Both the position numbers and the translations under genes were made by a program. A stretch of 62,038 bases of DNA, the filler included, from Coriobacteriales bacterium (GTDB lineage Bacteria > Actinomycetota > Coriobacteriia > Coriobacteriales > UBA8131): assembly GCA_031263105.1 (NCBI GenBank). It is 6 parts of 6 records of this genome, joined end to end, with 100 filler letters (N's around TTAATTAATTAA, not from the genome) between each part and the next. Parts side by side here need not be neighbours in the genome. Positions count along the whole stretch, not along the records: positions 58,501 to 62,038 come from JAISGJ010000185.1; 5 more parts are not named here. The stretch is one strand, 5' to 3'. Shown piece by piece: positions 60,612 through 62,038 of this stretch. How positions within the stretch are numbered: the first letter of the stretch is position 1; each line of letters starts with the position of its first letter. The notes below the pieces were generated by a model. That model was not told where the DNA came from. It saw nothing but the letters and a program-made list of their open reading frames with translations, and searched no databases.

Positions 60612-61763
60612 ATGTGGCGCAAGCTCGTGTCCGCGCTCCTGCCGGTTGTGGCGGCAGCCATCCTGTGCCTCCCCGGCGCAGCCCACGCCGGGCAGGGCCT
60701 GGCCGCGCTGCCGGAAGACATCGACGAGTCCTGGCTGCGGGCGGAGATAGCGCAGTTCATCAACGAGTCCTACAGGACCGTGTACGAGGACGGGGAGCCG
60801 AAGGCCGTGCTGGCGGCCGACCTCAGCGCGGACGACATCGACCTGTCCCTGGCCGTGAGGATCTACGACGGGACCGACCTGTTCTCGGGGGACGCCCCCG
60901 ACCTCGCGGCGGCGGAGGGGCAGCTGGAGGAGGCTGGGTACATGCTGGTCATACAGATGTACTTCGGCGGGGACACCTATCAGGCCCAGGTCGTCAAGGG
61001 CAGGCAACCTGACTATTCAGGGCTGAGCGAGGAGGTGCTTGCTGAGCTGTCCGCCCATCCCGAGTGGACAGAGGACCTGGAAGGCAAAGTCGGCAAGTGG
61101 TACCTCCAGACCGTCGGCTACAGCGAGGGGGTGAAGCCGGGCTACGGGGAGCTCGCCGCCGAGGTGAGCGGCGTCCCCGACGGGGAGCCGCTGCTGGTGA
61201 ACGGCCTGCCCCACCTCCACTACCCTGTGGCAATCTACCCGGACGGCGAGGGCGGCCTCGGCGCCGTGGCCTTCCTGCACCCCGGCACCGTCCCCTGGAG
61301 GTCCCTGGGGCTCGAGCGGCCCGACGAGGGCGCAGGGGCCGTCTTCGACTACGGCTACGTCAAGGAGACGGTGAACTCCCTGCCTCCGGAGGAGACCCCA
61401 GAGGAGCCGGCAGCCACGACGGACGGGGACCAGACGAACCAAGAGCCCGCGACCACAGGCGCGGAAAGCCCCTCCTCCTCTCCGCCCGGCGCGCCGTCGT
61501 CCCCCTCGGGCACGGACGCGGCGATCGGCCCCGCCTCCGCCGACACGCCGGGCACCTCCGCCCCTCCGCCCTCAGGCGGCACAGAGCAGGACCCCGCCCT
61601 GCCCCCGCAAGACGCGCCCGGGCAGCCCTCCGCCCTCCTCCCCATCACCATCGCCGTCGCAGCCGCAGCTGCGGCCGTCGTCGCGGCCCTCGCCCTGCGC
61701 GCGAGGCGCCGCAAGGCGAAGGCCCCCTCCTCCGCCCAGGGGGACGGGCAGCCAAGCGAGTAG
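60612..61763 (+). CDS. Secreted protein with Pro/Ser/Thr linker and C-terminal membrane anchor
   Basis: Signal peptide ending AHA; PST-rich stalk, hydrophobic helix and RARRRK tail. Confidence 0.8.
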   Translation: MWRKLVSALLPVVAAAILCLPGAAHAGQGLAALPEDIDESWLRAEIAQFINESYRTVYEDGEPKAVLAADLSADDIDLSLAVRIYDGTDLFSGDAPDLAAAEGQLEEAGYMLVIQMYFGGDTYQAQVVKGRQPDYSGLSEEVLAELSAHPEWTEDLEGKVGKWYLQTVGYSEGVKPGYGELAAEVSGVPDGEPLLVNGLPHLHYPVAIYPDGEGGLGAVAFLHPGTVPWRSLGLERPDEGAGAVFDYGYVKETVNSLPPEETPEEPAATTDGDQTNQEPATTGAESPSSSPPGAPSSPSGTDAAIGPASADTPGTSAPPPSGGTEQDPALPPQDAPGQPSALLPITIAVAAAAAAVVAALALRARRRKAKAPSSAQGDGQPSE

Positions 61764-61980
61764 GAGGCCGGCAGGCATGCCGCCCCGCAAGCCGGCGCTC
61801 CGGCCCGGGCGGCGCCCCCGCACCCCCGTGCGCCGCGAGCAGCCGCCACTTCGCCTGTCGGTGCCGCACCGCACAATTTACTTTATGCTCTCTTGGCGGC
61901 GAGTGTGACGGCCGGTGGACGCTTCCCTAGGGAAGCGCCGATTTATTCCCCCTGAGCGCACCGCTTGCGTCAATCGTGTT

Positions 61981-62013
61981 ATGTGGCCCGCCTTGGCGGG
62001 CCACATTTTTTTT
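61981..62013 (+). terminator. Intrinsic terminator
   Basis: ATGTGGCCCGCC-TT-GGCGGGCCACAT hairpin followed by a T tract. Confidence 0.75.
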
Positions 62014-62038
62014 GATAGGCCCTGATATCGGCAAGAAC

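Overview
High-GC DNA that looks like a Coriobacteriia (Eggerthellaceae-like) actinobacterium; this is inferred from gene content and protein style. It consists of six contigs joined by artificial N-TTAATTAATTAA-N linkers (1-8097, 8198-19508, 19609-33256, 33357-53891, 53992-58400, 58501-62038), so adjacency across linkers is not biological. It contains housekeeping genes (purB, leuA, argC, argJ, a metB-like gene, tRNA-Leu-TAA), three two-component systems, Tat-exported redox lipoproteins, a defence-like island (three AAA ATPases plus a Phd-RelE pair), a separate AbiEii-type pair, and secreted proteases. Four observations stand out. (1) A self-contained sigma-54 module: rpoN, an enhancer-binding activator, a consensus -24/-12 promoter and a candidate UAS, driving an operon for a cytoplasmic molybdoenzyme, zinc-ribbon proteins, two MFS transporters and an amidohydrolase. 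(2) About 17 copies of a palindromic REP/MITE family; several have 8-bp target-site duplications, arms that co-vary within each copy, and swappable internal modules. (3) A second palindrome family inserted in frame inside argJ. (4) A candidate ~250-nt structured RNA downstream of rpoN.
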